Part shown: piece after piece, positions 27,752 through 37,927 of the stretch | Numbering within the stretch: position 1 is the first letter of the stretch | How the letters are laid out: the number at the start of each line of letters is the position of its first letter | Source of the DNA: Verrucomicrobiaceae bacterium | GTDB taxonomy: Bacteria; Verrucomicrobiota; Verrucomicrobiia; Verrucomicrobiales; Akkermansiaceae | NCBI GenBank assembly: GCA_027487355.1 | Contig: JAIYDT010000470.1 | Span: forward strand, 10,199-74,198 | Direction: 5' to 3' | Length of the DNA: 64,000 nt | Notes under the pieces: model-generated | Seen by the model: the letters and a program-made list of their open reading frames with translations, nothing else | Databases searched by the model: none | What the model was told of the DNA's origin: nothing | Program-made: the position numbers and the translations under genes

Positions 27752-29881
27752 TTAGCTTTCGGCTGTCGCGAGGAAGTTGTAGGCTTTCCGGATCTCCTGA
27801 AGCTTTAGCTGAGCCTCAGGTCCGTTGTCTGCCGTGTTGCAAAATTCTTCGATCCGCTTGAGTTCCCGCTGGACGAGTGATCGCTCCACATTGAACGAGG
27901 CGTCGTCGATGTCCCCGCCCAGATCTGGGGGGGCGATGACGAAGTCGTAGATCTCCGCGAAATTTTTACCCTCCGACTTGCGCAATAGGCGCCCACGGCG
28001 CTGGACGAACTGCCGAGGGTTGGTGGAACTTGCGAGAAGGAAGCCCATGCGGAGGTCGGGAAGGTCGATGCCCTCATCCAGGCAGCGAATGGCCACCACT
28101 GCGTCAAGAAATCCGCTGCCAAGATCCCGGAGAATTTCCTCACGCTCGGCGGGGGACTCCCGATAGGTGAAATTCCTTACCCGCAGACCGTGACGCTCGC
28201 CCAAAAGGCGCGCGACGGCTTGGATCTGGCGAACTTCCTCGTCGCTCACTTTATCCGTGGTCCTGCCGTCGCCGCAGTAGAAAATCGCCTTGGTGGGCTT
28301 GGCAGGCAGACTCCTAAGCACCTGGTCGAGCACTTCGATCTTGTTATCCGCACTGGCGAGCAAGCGGGCCCGCTTGATCAACAGGTTCATGGCGGTCTGT
28401 CCTAGCTCCGGGTTTTTATCACTACCGGCAAGCAGGGGGCCGAGCTTTCCTGTGATCTCGGCGTAAGCAGCGGCCTCGTCGGGTGTGAGCTGCACCAGGT
28501 GAGGATGGTAGCGGTAGCGGCAGAGATTGCCCTGCGCAATGGCCTGCTGGATGCCGAATTCGTAGATGATATTGCCGAAGTAGGACAACACTGCGGCCGT
28601 GCCCTCCGGGTCCATATGACGCTCCGGGGTTGCGGACAGACCCAGACGGAGTTTGATCCCATCCGGGAGAACCTCGCTAACGGCCTTGGCCCCCAGGTTG
28701 TGGACCTCATCCGCGATTAGCAGGTGATGATGCCGGCCGCCTCCTTGGACATGGGGGCGGAGGCAGGTTTGGAAAGCTTCGCTCTGGAAGGTCTTGTTCG
28801 TGGTGACGATGGCGTGCACCGACAATAGGCCGAGGCCGAGCCGTTGATATCCCTCTTCGAACTTCGGCTGCCACTGGTCTTTGCCCTCGAAGCAGGGCAG
28901 CGCGCGAAGACCGAAGGCCGCCATCTCCCGGATCCACTGCTTGCAGAGATTGAGGAATGGGCACACGACGATGAGGACCAAGGGTTTATTCTTCTCCGCA
29001 ACTTTACTGGCCAGGACCAGTGCAGTGAACGTCTTGCCGGTGCCAGTCGCCATGGCGAGGATTCCTGCGCCGCCCGCTCGGCTCCAAGCCCGAATGGCAT
29101 CACCTTGATAAGCACGTAAGTCGAAGCCCGGAGGGGGGCCAAAGTGGCAGTTCCGAGCTTTTTCTCGAACGATAGTCTGCATCAAACCCGGCGGTGGACG
29201 TTTGTGATCGCGGAAGCATTCTAGCAACTCGCATCCAGCAGATGTGAAGTCGATGACATGGAGCCCAGGAGTCGTGTTCTCCCAAAGTGCATCGAAGTCC
29301 TCGATCTTCTGAGCTACCCGGCCATCCGGATCATGCCAGGAACGAAAAACATCCACGCTCTCGAAGTTCTCGACCAAGCCGCCAGCAGTCTCATTGGAGG
29401 AACCGGAGAAGGCCACATGGCCACCTTCATCGTCGCTGAAGATCCCGGTTTTCTCATGGAACAGGCCTCGCGCGATCCTTCCATCTTCGTCGAGCCTGAG
29501 GGCGAGCCGGATCTCCAAACAGCCAGATGCGGCTAGCCAAGCCAGGCCGTTCAAGCGATCCTTGAGGAGAGCATCCTCGATCTCAGTCATATTCCGAGAG
29601 GCAATGCTTCTGAGAATGTCCTCACGGTGCTCAGTCGCAGCCCGCAAGGCTTCAACATCGGCGGGCTCAAGGTGGGGTGAGGCGACCAAGCGCATCGAGC
29701 CATTCCGTGAAGCCAGACTCGCAATTCCCCGGGCCGCCAGCCCTAAACCAAAGCTGGTGAAATATCCCGCAGCCCGGCGGTAGAGGACAGACTGCTCCAA
29801 ACACGGAACAAAAAGATCCTTCACCATGTCACCACGACCGGTTCGATAGGAAAGCTGGAGCTGGAGTTGCTTAAGAGACAC
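27752..29881 (-). CDS. pbeA: PLD-nuclease/SF2 helicase, PbeA-like (dnd system restriction enzyme family)
   Basis: YRRAAGYFTS, FHEKTG...GSSNET...NFE (PLD-like); MATGTGKT, DEVH, GLSATP, LDEGIDLP, QRRGRLLR. Confidence 0.85.
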   Translation of the reverse strand: MSLKQLQLQLSYRTGRGDMVKDLFVPCLEQSVLYRRAAGYFTSFGLGLAARGIASLASRNGSMRLVASPHLEPADVEALRAATEHREDILRSIASRNMTEIEDALLKDRLNGLAWLAASGCLEIRLALRLDEDGRIARGLFHEKTGIFSDDEGGHVAFSGSSNETAGGLVENFESVDVFRSWHDPDGRVAQKIEDFDALWENTTPGLHVIDFTSAGCELLECFRDHKRPPPGLMQTIVREKARNCHFGPPPGFDLRAYQGDAIRAWSRAGGAGILAMATGTGKTFTALVLASKVAEKNKPLVLIVVCPFLNLCKQWIREMAAFGLRALPCFEGKDQWQPKFEEGYQRLGLGLLSVHAIVTTNKTFQSEAFQTCLRPHVQGGGRHHHLLIADEVHNLGAKAVSEVLPDGIKLRLGLSATPERHMDPEGTAAVLSYFGNIIYEFGIQQAIAQGNLCRYRYHPHLVQLTPDEAAAYAEITGKLGPLLAGSDKNPELGQTAMNLLIKRARLLASADNKIEVLDQVLRSLPAKPTKAIFYCGDGRTTDKVSDEEVRQIQAVARLLGERHGLRVRNFTYRESPAEREEILRDLGSGFLDAVVAIRCLDEGIDLPDLRMGFLLASSTNPRQFVQRRGRLLRKSEGKNFAEIYDFVIAPPDLGGDIDDASFNVERSLVQRELKRIEEFCNTADNGPEAQLKLQEIRKAYNFLATAES

Positions 29882-29974
29882 AATTAAAACCAGATCGAAT
29901 TGGAGCGATTCAAAACCCGCTTGGCTAGAATTTATGGTGGATGCAATGCCGTAAATTACGGTTAGCCAGATTGA

Positions 29975-30412
29975 TCAGATTATCCCTTGATCTTGGGCTG
30001 GTGGCTTTGCAATCCATTCCGCCAGGCGCATGGGAAATAGTGCCAACCCATCCTTGCTGAGGATTCGCTCCATTTCCATAAATCCAACTTCCGCTAAATC
30101 CTCGATCAACTTCGCGAGATCGCCATCTTCAGTCGCGTCCTCCGGGCTGGGTAGGCACACGATGCCCAGTGCGATCATCTGAGTTAGGAGCCCTTGCGAG
30201 CGGAAAATCGCAACATCGATTGGCCCTGGCTGGCTGGTAAAGCCTCGGCAAATAACAGTGCGGGCGTTCCCACCAAGGTAGAAGCCCATTGAGGCCGCCG
30301 TTACAATCAAGTGAGCGTAGGTGTCGAAGCAGGTATTCTTGTGCGGATCTGGGTGGCGAGCGCAGAAAGGGAGTAGTTCGCCGGCACAGATGGGAATTCG
30401 GATTGCTGCCAT
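29975..30412 (-). CDS. PbeD-like / dnd-associated protein 4, copy 2
   Basis: IRIP..., FDTYAHLIVTAASMG and IEDLAEVG motifs parallel copy 1; lies 3 nt after ATPase copy 2. Confidence 0.6.
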   Translation of the reverse strand: MAAIRIPICAGELLPFCARHPDPHKNTCFDTYAHLIVTAASMGFYLGGNARTVICRGFTSQPGPIDVAIFRSQGLLTQMIALGIVCLPSPEDATEDGDLAKLIEDLAEVGFMEMERILSKDGLALFPMRLAEWIAKPPAQDQGII

Positions 30413-30415
30413 GTT

Positions 30416-32527
30416 TCAGAGTTCGTGAAAAGTGCTGTAGGAGGCTTGGCCAGCCGGGAGGGCTTCCCTCAATTCCACCGTCTTGCCTTTCCAATTGAAG
30501 CGGAACGCTTCGGCGTCGGTGGGTGAGACAGGAGTATGGAGACGAACGCCATAAGCTTTGGAGACGTGAGGTTCCAGAGTCTCACGAACATTGTCCGGCC
30601 AATTTTGTTTGGCCAGTAACAGGAGCATTTGAGGGGCCTTCCCTGGGAGGAACTCTGCAATCGCCTTCATGAAATTCGGATCAGCACTGGTGAATGGCGA
30701 ATCAAGAACAAAGGACTGATCCCCAAGTAGCCTTCCCCCAAGGCCAGCAGCGGTCATATCCTCGTTGATCATCGTTCGAAGCTCGGCCAAAGCGATGACG
30801 AAGGCCAGATTGAGAACCTGCTGCTCTCCTCCTCCCGGATTGGTTACGGTCAACTCCCTCCGGTCCCGCATCGACGGCAAAAAGGTCTCTCTGTCGATCC
30901 ATGCGGAGTTCCCGCTCGTTGCAACGCCGAAATAGTGATTCAGACGCTCCTGAAGAATACCATGAACAGCTTCTCGAAATTTGCTCTCACCTTGGGTCAG
31001 CTTCTCTCGTAGATTCTCTGCGACCTCGATGGCCTTTGAGATGTTCTCCATCTTGTCAGCCCCCTTCTTGGGGCGAGCCTTGGCGATCTCTGTGGCGAGA
31101 CCAGTGAGAGAGCTTTCCTGCCGACGAATCAAATCCGCCTTTTCATCCTGCGCCCGCTTGTTGTCGGAGATTTCCCTTTCCATCCGCCGAACAAGATTCA
31201 CCAGCTCAGAAAACCGATCCATCGAGCCATGTTCGATTTTGGGCATCAGTCCCTCGATGGCCACCTTGGCTCGATTCAATAGTGTCATCGCGTCCTTCCT
31301 TTCGGAGATCAGTCGATTCAGTCTTTTCGGGTACTCTTCCGCCCTCTTTCTAAGCTGGCTGTCCTTTCCTCCCTCCAACGCATCGGCCAGAGCCACAAGG
31401 TCCCGATTGGTCTGGGCAGCAAGAGTTCGGTCCAGATACTTCGTCAGTTCCTTGAGCTTTGCCTCATCCAGGCACTCACCGCAAACGCACCGATCTCCCT
31501 TGATCAGCCTCTCAATGAATCCCTTGCTGACATCTGCGGGAAGTAGGTTTCTAGTCCTTAGTTCATCCAGATGCCGATCAACTAGGTCGAATGTGGGCTC
31601 AAGAAGGGGAATGGCCAATGAGCCCTTTACGAGTTCGCAGATCTGACTGTCAGCGGATTTGATAGCTCCTTCAGCTCTTTGCTCGTCCAACTTGTGCTTT
31701 TGTAGCTGAGAGTAAAGCTCTTGAGATGCTTTTGCTTTCGAACTGACTTCCGCCAATTCCTCGTCCAGACGATTATGACTTCTTACAAGCTCTGAGCTAG
31801 TCTTTTTGAGGTCGTTGAGTTCTAAACGATTAGCCTCAAGAGATTTTCGGACAACACCCTCTCGATGTCTGAGATCGAGAAATACCTTGTTGGCTCCTGC
31901 CTCCTTCGTCTCCTGCTGCCTGAGAGACTGGATCACCGCTTGAACGTTCGAGCGCGCATCCTTCCATCTTCGAATCTGGAGCACTTTCTTCAGAGGTTCC
32001 AGAACCCCAGCGCTTACACCGCGGCTCATTTTCCCGTTGGCTGGTTCACCTTGGAAATAAAACCAGGAAAACAGATCTTGAGGAACGGCATTGTCGATTC
32101 TCACCTGATGATGCCCATCGTCTTCGAGGAATGGCTCGTTCGGGCGATCCACTTTCCTCCAAAGGAGCTTCGGGCGCTCGGCACTCCATTTCTTCCCGGA
32201 GGAATACTTCGCGGCAGTTTCCCGGCGAACAGTGAGCACCTGATTGTCTGGGAACCTTAGGCGGGCCTCAACCCAGGCTAGAGCATCGCTTCCAGGCGCG
32301 GTTTCATCCCGCACAACATCTGTCACCAGCTTCCAGGCGGTTTCGGAGGACTCACCTGCAAGGGAGCCGTAGAAAAGAAAGTCAATTGCTCGAAGAATCG
32401 TTGTTTTTCCCGTGTTGTTAGGAGCCAGAATGACCACCAGGGAATCCTCGTTCGGATCGGGGAAATTGATCGTACAGGTCCCCCCGTAGCGCTGGAAGTT
32501 ATGAAGCGTGAGTCTTTCGAAGATCAT
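30416..32527 (-). CDS. SMC/Rad50-like ATPase, PbeC-like, copy 2
   Basis: HNFQRY, APNNTGKTT, FYFQGE, CVCG hook, atypical signature PGGGEQQ, VLDSPF. Confidence 0.8.
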   Translation of the reverse strand: MIFERLTLHNFQRYGGTCTINFPDPNEDSLVVILAPNNTGKTTILRAIDFLFYGSLAGESSETAWKLVTDVVRDETAPGSDALAWVEARLRFPDNQVLTVRRETAAKYSSGKKWSAERPKLLWRKVDRPNEPFLEDDGHHQVRIDNAVPQDLFSWFYFQGEPANGKMSRGVSAGVLEPLKKVLQIRRWKDARSNVQAVIQSLRQQETKEAGANKVFLDLRHREGVVRKSLEANRLELNDLKKTSSELVRSHNRLDEELAEVSSKAKASQELYSQLQKHKLDEQRAEGAIKSADSQICELVKGSLAIPLLEPTFDLVDRHLDELRTRNLLPADVSKGFIERLIKGDRCVCGECLDEAKLKELTKYLDRTLAAQTNRDLVALADALEGGKDSQLRKRAEEYPKRLNRLISERKDAMTLLNRAKVAIEGLMPKIEHGSMDRFSELVNLVRRMEREISDNKRAQDEKADLIRRQESSLTGLATEIAKARPKKGADKMENISKAIEVAENLREKLTQGESKFREAVHGILQERLNHYFGVATSGNSAWIDRETFLPSMRDRRELTVTNPGGGEQQVLNLAFVIALAELRTMINEDMTAAGLGGRLLGDQSFVLDSPFTSADPNFMKAIAEFLPGKAPQMLLLLAKQNWPDNVRETLEPHVSKAYGVRLHTPVSPTDAEAFRFNWKGKTVELREALPAGQASYSTFHEL

Positions 32528-32537
32528 CTGCTCGGTA

Positions 32538-32717
32538 TCACTTGGTTCTGCGGAGGATCTCTGCTTCGAGCTTATCCTGCTTCACTTTTAGGGACTGCTC
32601 CGGGCCGGTCTCCAAATTCATGGCCAGGAGAAGCAGGCCCTTGGTCCCCTCGTCCAAGGAGTTAAAAAAATCACGCAGCACCGTTGGTTTTGGGGATTTT
32701 CGAGTCTTTGCTGACAT
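32538..32717 (-). CDS. Small basic protein, PbeB-like, copy 2
   Basis: 59 aa from the ATG at 32717; same position and size as copy 1 relative to its ATPase. Confidence 0.55.
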   Translation of the reverse strand: MSAKTRKSPKPTVLRDFFNSLDEGTKGLLLLAMNLETGPEQSLKVKQDKLEAEILRRTK

Positions 32718-32968
32718 GGAAATTTTCGGGTGTTCAGGTAACGTAGGAACTTCAATCGAATGCCTCCCGGATACGCGAGTAGTTTGAGTGGATTGTCGAA
32801 ATTTTGTAGTCCTAAAAGTGACGGCAGGAATCGACCCTAGAGAATGGGGTAGGACATCCGTGGGGGGCTGCTGCAAAGAATCCATTTTCCTGGGGGCGTG
32901 AATTTCTCGAAGCACTTTGTCTATCACTCGTGCGGCAACGGATCCCCGATCATTTATTCGAACCGCCT

Positions 32969-33187
32969 TCACCATCTACACTTGGGTAGCCGCACCGCCA
33001 CGCAATGGCCAAGCTCGGCGTATTTTTTGAAGTTCGCCCGGGTCGAGACGATGTGGACATCCTTCTTGCAGACCTCGTAGTAGCGGAGTCCCTGGGTGGT
33101 TTCCGGCCCCAACTCCTCCCAGCGGTAGGGGCAACGGAAATGGAACGGGAAATCGCAGGTAGTGTTCGGCGGAGAACTGAGCGGCAT
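32969..33187 (-). CDS. Small Cys-rich protein or remnant
   Basis: FRCPYRWEEL...R..EVCKKDVH...GHCVAV resembles a small domain recalled from PVC-group and myxobacterial proteins. Confidence 0.45.
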   Translation of the reverse strand: MPLSSPPNTTCDFPFHFRCPYRWEELGPETTQGLRYYEVCKKDVHIVSTRANFKKYAELGHCVAVRLPKCRW

Positions 33188-33262
33188 CGCGTCAAAACAA
33201 CCAGAAGGGGTGGGACAAGGGTGGGTGGGGACGGGGTCAATACTAGTATCTTCCCCCAAGAC

Positions 33263-33276
33263 TGTTCGCCGGAATA
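33263..33276. promoter_or_regulatory. Verrucomicrobia-type LexA box, one mismatch
   Basis: TGTTC-GCCG-GAATA, about 28 nt upstream of an imuA-like 5' fragment. Confidence 0.6.
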
Positions 33277-33303
33277 TCTTCGCCGCGCATGCTTTGGTGC
33301 CTG

Positions 33304-33360
33304 CTGGCTGGGACAATCGAGGAACTGCGGCTGCAACTGAGGGAACGGTTTCCACAGGCG
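33304..33360 (+). pseudogene. imuA-like 5' fragment
   Basis: AGTIEELRLQLRERFPQA matches TGTIDELRKQLRERFPEA at 39383 onward. Confidence 0.65.
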
Positions 33361-33624
33361 CGTGTGGAAATGGGGAAACTGGTGGACAAGCTGATGAATT
33401 CCCCAAGTGGGGAAAGTCCGGGGCCATGCTGGGCGAGAAAATCCCCGTCCACCGGAAGCGGCGGACGGGGAGGGGACTAGCTGGCTGTGTTCAATTGCTG
33501 AGCCAGGTGTGCGGAAACTCCCGGAGCCTCATTTTGTCGTCCACCGCTTGGGTTAACGGACATCCGAATGCCCCCCGGGTAGCCTCGCCACTCCGACGAG
33601 TGGAAGCGGAGCCAAACTCTTGAT

Positions 33625-35580
33625 CTAGCAATCTGCAGTTAGTTCCGATTCTCTTGGAGGCAGGACGGAGTCGTCCATGCCAATTTGTGTTTCAGAAACG
33701 GGTTGATCGAGGGTGATTTCGATACCTGCCAAAAGCGGATCGAACCTACCCGGCATTGGGACTTTCTCCAACACTTCCCGCAGCCGTTGTAGAACTCGAT
33801 GCGCTCTCGCAACCTCATCGGGTTTGATTTTCGCTGAAGGCTTTTCCTTTGAGGGAAATTTCATTGCCTTGGCGTAATCCTTTACCAGCATCTCGACCTT
33901 CGCTTGGGTCAGAGAGGCTGGGGGATTCTTCTCAGTGATGTGGCTCCAACAGGCGAGCTGATGATCCTCGGGAATGATCGACAGGATGGGGCGAATCTGG
34001 GCTTCGTTCTTAGGCAACTCCACCGAGCTTTCAGCGATGGGGAGTGTCGCATTTGAGCTTGCGATTTCACTGACGAACCGTCCAGCCCCCAAAAGGCGGT
34101 AGGCGTGAGCCTTCCCGTATCCCCACTTTGACTGGCAATAGGCCTCGAACGAATGGTGCTCCTTTTTCCAGAGCGCACCATCCTTGTAGCTGTGGATCTC
34201 GTGCAATGCCGCCGCTGCCGTGATGGTTGCTTGGACGCCTTCCGACAGCTTCAGCTCCCGTTCTGCCAAATACCCACGGTCCTCATCCGTGAGATCCTCA
34301 ACAGGACGTTGCGGCGCAGACTCGCCAGCAGCGAGAACAGAATGACGCTTCGCAACCTTGCCAATCGGGACTGCTCCGAGCGGGCGCTGTTCCGCCCACC
34401 AATCGACCGTCTGTTTGTTCACATACTGGAGGAACCGCAGTTTACCGGAAGGAACGTTTTGCGTGTGGGCGAGAAAGGTGGCCCGCGCATACTGCTCCCA
34501 GTCATTTTCTTCTGCATCCGGGCCGAAGACCGCATCGAAACGCTTCGCTTCATCAGCGAGACCTGCTTTGAGAAGCGCATCCCGAGTTTTCAAGTAGGTT
34601 TCACCCCGCACGTTGATCACTTCGCCCCAGACGTGCTCACACTTCTCCACCCGAGTTGCATCACAGATCGATTTGGAAAATGTATCATAGTTCTCCTGTG
34701 GCAAGCTCGGGCAGATCATTCCAAATGTGCGAATGCCATGATCCTGTAGCCAGTGAAGTGCCTCAAGACGCTTCGATGGCTTGCTTGTCCCCTGCTCAAT
34801 TGCTTCAGCGACGTCGTCATCGAGCGTGCCGATTGAAAAGCCGAGGATCAAACGATGATGGTACTTTTCCGCAATCAGCTTATTCTTGATAAGGCACATG
34901 AGGAGGAAGGACTTGCTGAGAATCCGGATCTGCCAGTGGGTGTTCTCAAGGATCAGGTTGCAAGCATCGGCTGTTTCACGGAGAAGCGTCATGCTTGATG
35001 CCGGATCGACCAACGTTGAGGTATACACCACCCGGTTGTCAGCAGGATCATTGTAGATCGGAGTTCCATCGGCACGGATGAGCTGCGTGCGTAGGATATT
35101 GACCGCATCTTTACGGCGTATCGCGATCTCGCTGAAGGAGAGCTTCCTTCCGAGTGCCCCCTCATGCTCGCGATTGAACCGCGCGATGAGATTGTGAACG
35201 AGCTTCAGAATGACTGCTTCGACGTAGCAGTAGACACAGGAGAAGCCGCACGCCAGACCGAGGTTGAAAACCGGTCCATCGCACAATAGCTTTGCGTGGA
35301 ACTCCTCGCTATTGAGAGTCAGCACGGAGATGCCGTGGTAGTAGAGGACAGGCTTTCCGTTAAGCGTTTCAATCTTCAAGCTGGCCAGAATTTTCTTCAC
35401 GTCAGAGCGACTGTCCACGGGGACGTCATCCAACGGCAGTCCGAGACATAGTTCCTGCTCCAGCGCTGAATTCAGGGCGGAGTCGAATTGGCTTCCATTC
35501 TGATTGGTCACTTCTGGCGTGCCCTGACCTTCTGGGTATTCTGTATCCAGCGATTGCTGGCAGTTTTCTTTGTTTTTCAT
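33625..35580 (-). CDS. Radical SAM protein (SplB-like) fused to a phage-type helical/HTH domain
   Basis: CGFSCVYC (CxxxCxxC), IRILSKS, RLEALHWL..GIRTFGMICP; C-terminal SFEAYCQSKWGYGKAHAYRL. Confidence 0.8.
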   Translation of the reverse strand: MKNKENCQQSLDTEYPEGQGTPEVTNQNGSQFDSALNSALEQELCLGLPLDDVPVDSRSDVKKILASLKIETLNGKPVLYYHGISVLTLNSEEFHAKLLCDGPVFNLGLACGFSCVYCYVEAVILKLVHNLIARFNREHEGALGRKLSFSEIAIRRKDAVNILRTQLIRADGTPIYNDPADNRVVYTSTLVDPASSMTLLRETADACNLILENTHWQIRILSKSFLLMCLIKNKLIAEKYHHRLILGFSIGTLDDDVAEAIEQGTSKPSKRLEALHWLQDHGIRTFGMICPSLPQENYDTFSKSICDATRVEKCEHVWGEVINVRGETYLKTRDALLKAGLADEAKRFDAVFGPDAEENDWEQYARATFLAHTQNVPSGKLRFLQYVNKQTVDWWAEQRPLGAVPIGKVAKRHSVLAAGESAPQRPVEDLTDEDRGYLAERELKLSEGVQATITAAAALHEIHSYKDGALWKKEHHSFEAYCQSKWGYGKAHAYRLLGAGRFVSEIASSNATLPIAESSVELPKNEAQIRPILSIIPEDHQLACWSHITEKNPPASLTQAKVEMLVKDYAKAMKFPSKEKPSAKIKPDEVARAHRVLQRLREVLEKVPMPGRFDPLLAGIEITLDQPVSETQIGMDDSVLPPRESELTADC

Positions 35581-35936
35581 ATTGTAGCGCCCCCCTTTTC
35601 TGGAGGCCCTTTCACCATGGCTCGATGGTCACGACATAGATTCGAACCGCAGGACGCATTCGTCAGTGCATTTGAACTTTCCGCTGTTCCGCAATCCATC
35701 AGAGAACCGGAACATTACGTTCCTGGATGCCAGACTGGAGACTCGTGCGGACAACATGACGCAAGCATCTGCCAGCAAAGCTCACACGAGTCCCGTTCGG
35801 AGGCTTCAAAGAAAAAAAGTAACGATTTTCTCTGATGATCGTGAGACGGCCACCTTTCGATCCCTATGGCAAAGAGTATCCACGTGGAGACCCGAACGGA
35901 TCAGCTCAATGATGAAGATTCCTGGCAACCCGCCGC

Positions 35937-35990
35937 GTCCCATGCGTCCCATGGTTTGAAGAAATGGATGGGACATGGGACGCATGGGAC
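35937..35990. repeat. 17-bp perfect inverted repeat built from ATGGGAC units; candidate replication origin
   Basis: GTCCCATGCGTCCCATG (35937-35953) and CATGGGACGCATGGGAC (35974-35990), 12 nt beyond the primase stop. Confidence 0.8.
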
Positions 35991-36002
35991 ACAATTCCGG
36001 GG

Positions 36003-37595
36003 TCATTCATTCAGGGGCATTCGGACCTCCAGTAGCCAACTGCGTTCGCTTCCGGATTTCCGCTCCCGAATCCCGTGGCTCTGGCTTAGGCGTCTGCCGA
36101 ATTCATTTTTCCGAAGCGCTGTGAAGCCGTTGTGGGAACAATACTTTCGGTAGCTTTGAAAAAGCGCATCCTTCGGAACCTTCTTGTCCTCCGAAGGAAC
36201 GAGGCATTGATCCGTGATAAAACTTACCACCGTGTCACTTTCGGCGATATAGGATTGGAGCGCCTCTTTCGCCGCACCGCATTCGGTGAATTTTCGGGTC
36301 TCGCGGAGGCGTCGCATGCCCGCCATGACCCAGTTGAATACCCCGGGGAGTTCTTCCGCGATGATCTCCCGCGCAAGGTCTGGGTTCCGCTCACTCTCCG
36401 TTATTCTCTGATTGAAGGGAACAATCAGGAAGCGGCGAAAATACCCGTCGGTGTGTTCCGCGTCCTTCGGAAGCTCGTTGACGTTGAACGCCAATCGAGC
36501 GTAGTCGGTCATGATGTGAGGATCCTTGTAAAGCCGGCGAGCTTCCAGCGGTTCGCCGGACACCATTTTCTTGAAGATGTCTGTGTCGCAGCGCCCTTTA
36601 AATTCGGAGGCATAATTGAGTAGGGACGAGCCGAGCTGAAAGCGGTTCTCAAGCTTCGAGAGCATGGAAAGTCCGAAGGTCGTGACGTTCTGGTCACCGA
36701 GCATGGCGCGGATAACATCAAACAGAACGGACTTTCCATTGCTGCCCTGTCCGTAGAGCAGAAGAGCCTTTTCGAGTTTCAGTCCCCGGATGAATGCCCA
36801 CCCAAAGAATTCGGAGAGTACCGCACAGGATGATTCGTCGGGAAGTACGCGGGCGAGGAACTGTTCAAATTTGGGGCATTCCGCTTCGGGGTCATAAGAA
36901 AATGGTAGGGTGTAGGTCAGTAAATCTTCCTTTCGAGAAGGACGCATGTGTTCCTCTCCGTCATCAATTTGCAGTGTTCCATTCGCGAAATTGACGAGGA
37001 TCTGATCCGGATTACACCCCATCGGCTCCGCGCGGAGTCGTGACTTAAACTGCTTCAGAAGATTTTTCCGAAACGAATGGCTCAGCGCCATGACGCGTGG
37101 AATTCCCATCGCTTCAGCGAATTCGCCCAAGAATGTACTCATGTCCTGATCTTGGAGGAGAGCCCAAGAATTGCCGGTGTAAACGTGAGGAGCACCTTTC
37201 ATCATCTGAGCAGCCCAATCGAAGCGGGCCAATTCTGCTTTCAGGTGCTCCATGACGAGGACGACCAATTCCTTCTCCTCCTGTTCGCGGTTTTTTCCCG
37301 CTTCTTTCCCGGGGATTCCTAGGTATTGCTCAGCGATCGCCAAGAGGTTCACCTTTTCAACTTTGTCGATAAACCAGCGCAAGGACAACCAGTGATCGAG
37401 GCGTGTGACTGTAGGAGCGGCATGACTACCGGATGTGGCTGTCTGTGCCTCCGATGGAGCGGTCTCACAAATTGCTTGCTGTATGGGGGATTCAACTTCT
37501 GCACAGTCCTGAGAATCGTCGACGGAGGGACTGCAAGGAATTGGCATCGGCGAGTTATCCGCGGATGAAGCGATATTGGTTTCTGAGTTGGACAT
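36003..37595 (-). CDS. P4-family/D5-like primase-helicase (SF3)
   Basis: VNFANGTL, YDPEAECPKF..FL, GQGSNGKS, FKKMVSGE, FNVNELP, GYFRRFLIVPF and a C-terminal winged-helix-like region. Confidence 0.9.
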   Translation of the reverse strand: MSNSETNIASSADNSPMPIPCSPSVDDSQDCAEVESPIQQAICETAPSEAQTATSGSHAAPTVTRLDHWLSLRWFIDKVEKVNLLAIAEQYLGIPGKEAGKNREQEEKELVVLVMEHLKAELARFDWAAQMMKGAPHVYTGNSWALLQDQDMSTFLGEFAEAMGIPRVMALSHSFRKNLLKQFKSRLRAEPMGCNPDQILVNFANGTLQIDDGEEHMRPSRKEDLLTYTLPFSYDPEAECPKFEQFLARVLPDESSCAVLSEFFGWAFIRGLKLEKALLLYGQGSNGKSVLFDVIRAMLGDQNVTTFGLSMLSKLENRFQLGSSLLNYASEFKGRCDTDIFKKMVSGEPLEARRLYKDPHIMTDYARLAFNVNELPKDAEHTDGYFRRFLIVPFNQRITESERNPDLAREIIAEELPGVFNWVMAGMRRLRETRKFTECGAAKEALQSYIAESDTVVSFITDQCLVPSEDKKVPKDALFQSYRKYCSHNGFTALRKNEFGRRLSQSHGIRERKSGSERSWLLEVRMPLNE

Positions 37596-37927
37596 TGTGG
37601 ATCGGCCGATTGTTGAGCGGCCAGTTCCACCCTGCCGGACGTTGCATCACTCACCGCAAATGGCTCAAATCACAGATCTGCTTCGACAAACCGCATTCGG
37701 TCAAAGCAGGGAACTGCCTTCGCCTCCGGTGACACATCGCTTGCCCGCACAAGGCTTGGTTTCAGCAACGCAAGGCCCGGAATTAACATCAACACGACGC
37801 TATGGACCTGATTTTGTCCACCAAGTGGAAATTTGAGAGGTTCGTATTCAATTCGCGGAGTGACAGGTCGCCGAACGGAAACTGAGCACGATGTGGAGAT
37901 TCCCTTCCGTCTTGGCGTTCGATCAAA

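Noticed and set aside
22296-32717. dndFGH or Wadjet/MksBEF assignment for the minus-strand operon
   Set aside because: No DndH-size ATPase or JetA/JetD-like genes. The PLD-helicase, small protein, ~700-aa ATPase, ~150-aa protein order fits a Pbe-like system.
35708-35722. GGAAC-ATTAC-GTTCC palindrome as a LexA box for the radical SAM gene
   Set aside because: Orientation and 5-nt spacing match neither TGTTC-N4-GAACA nor GAAC-N4-GTTC.
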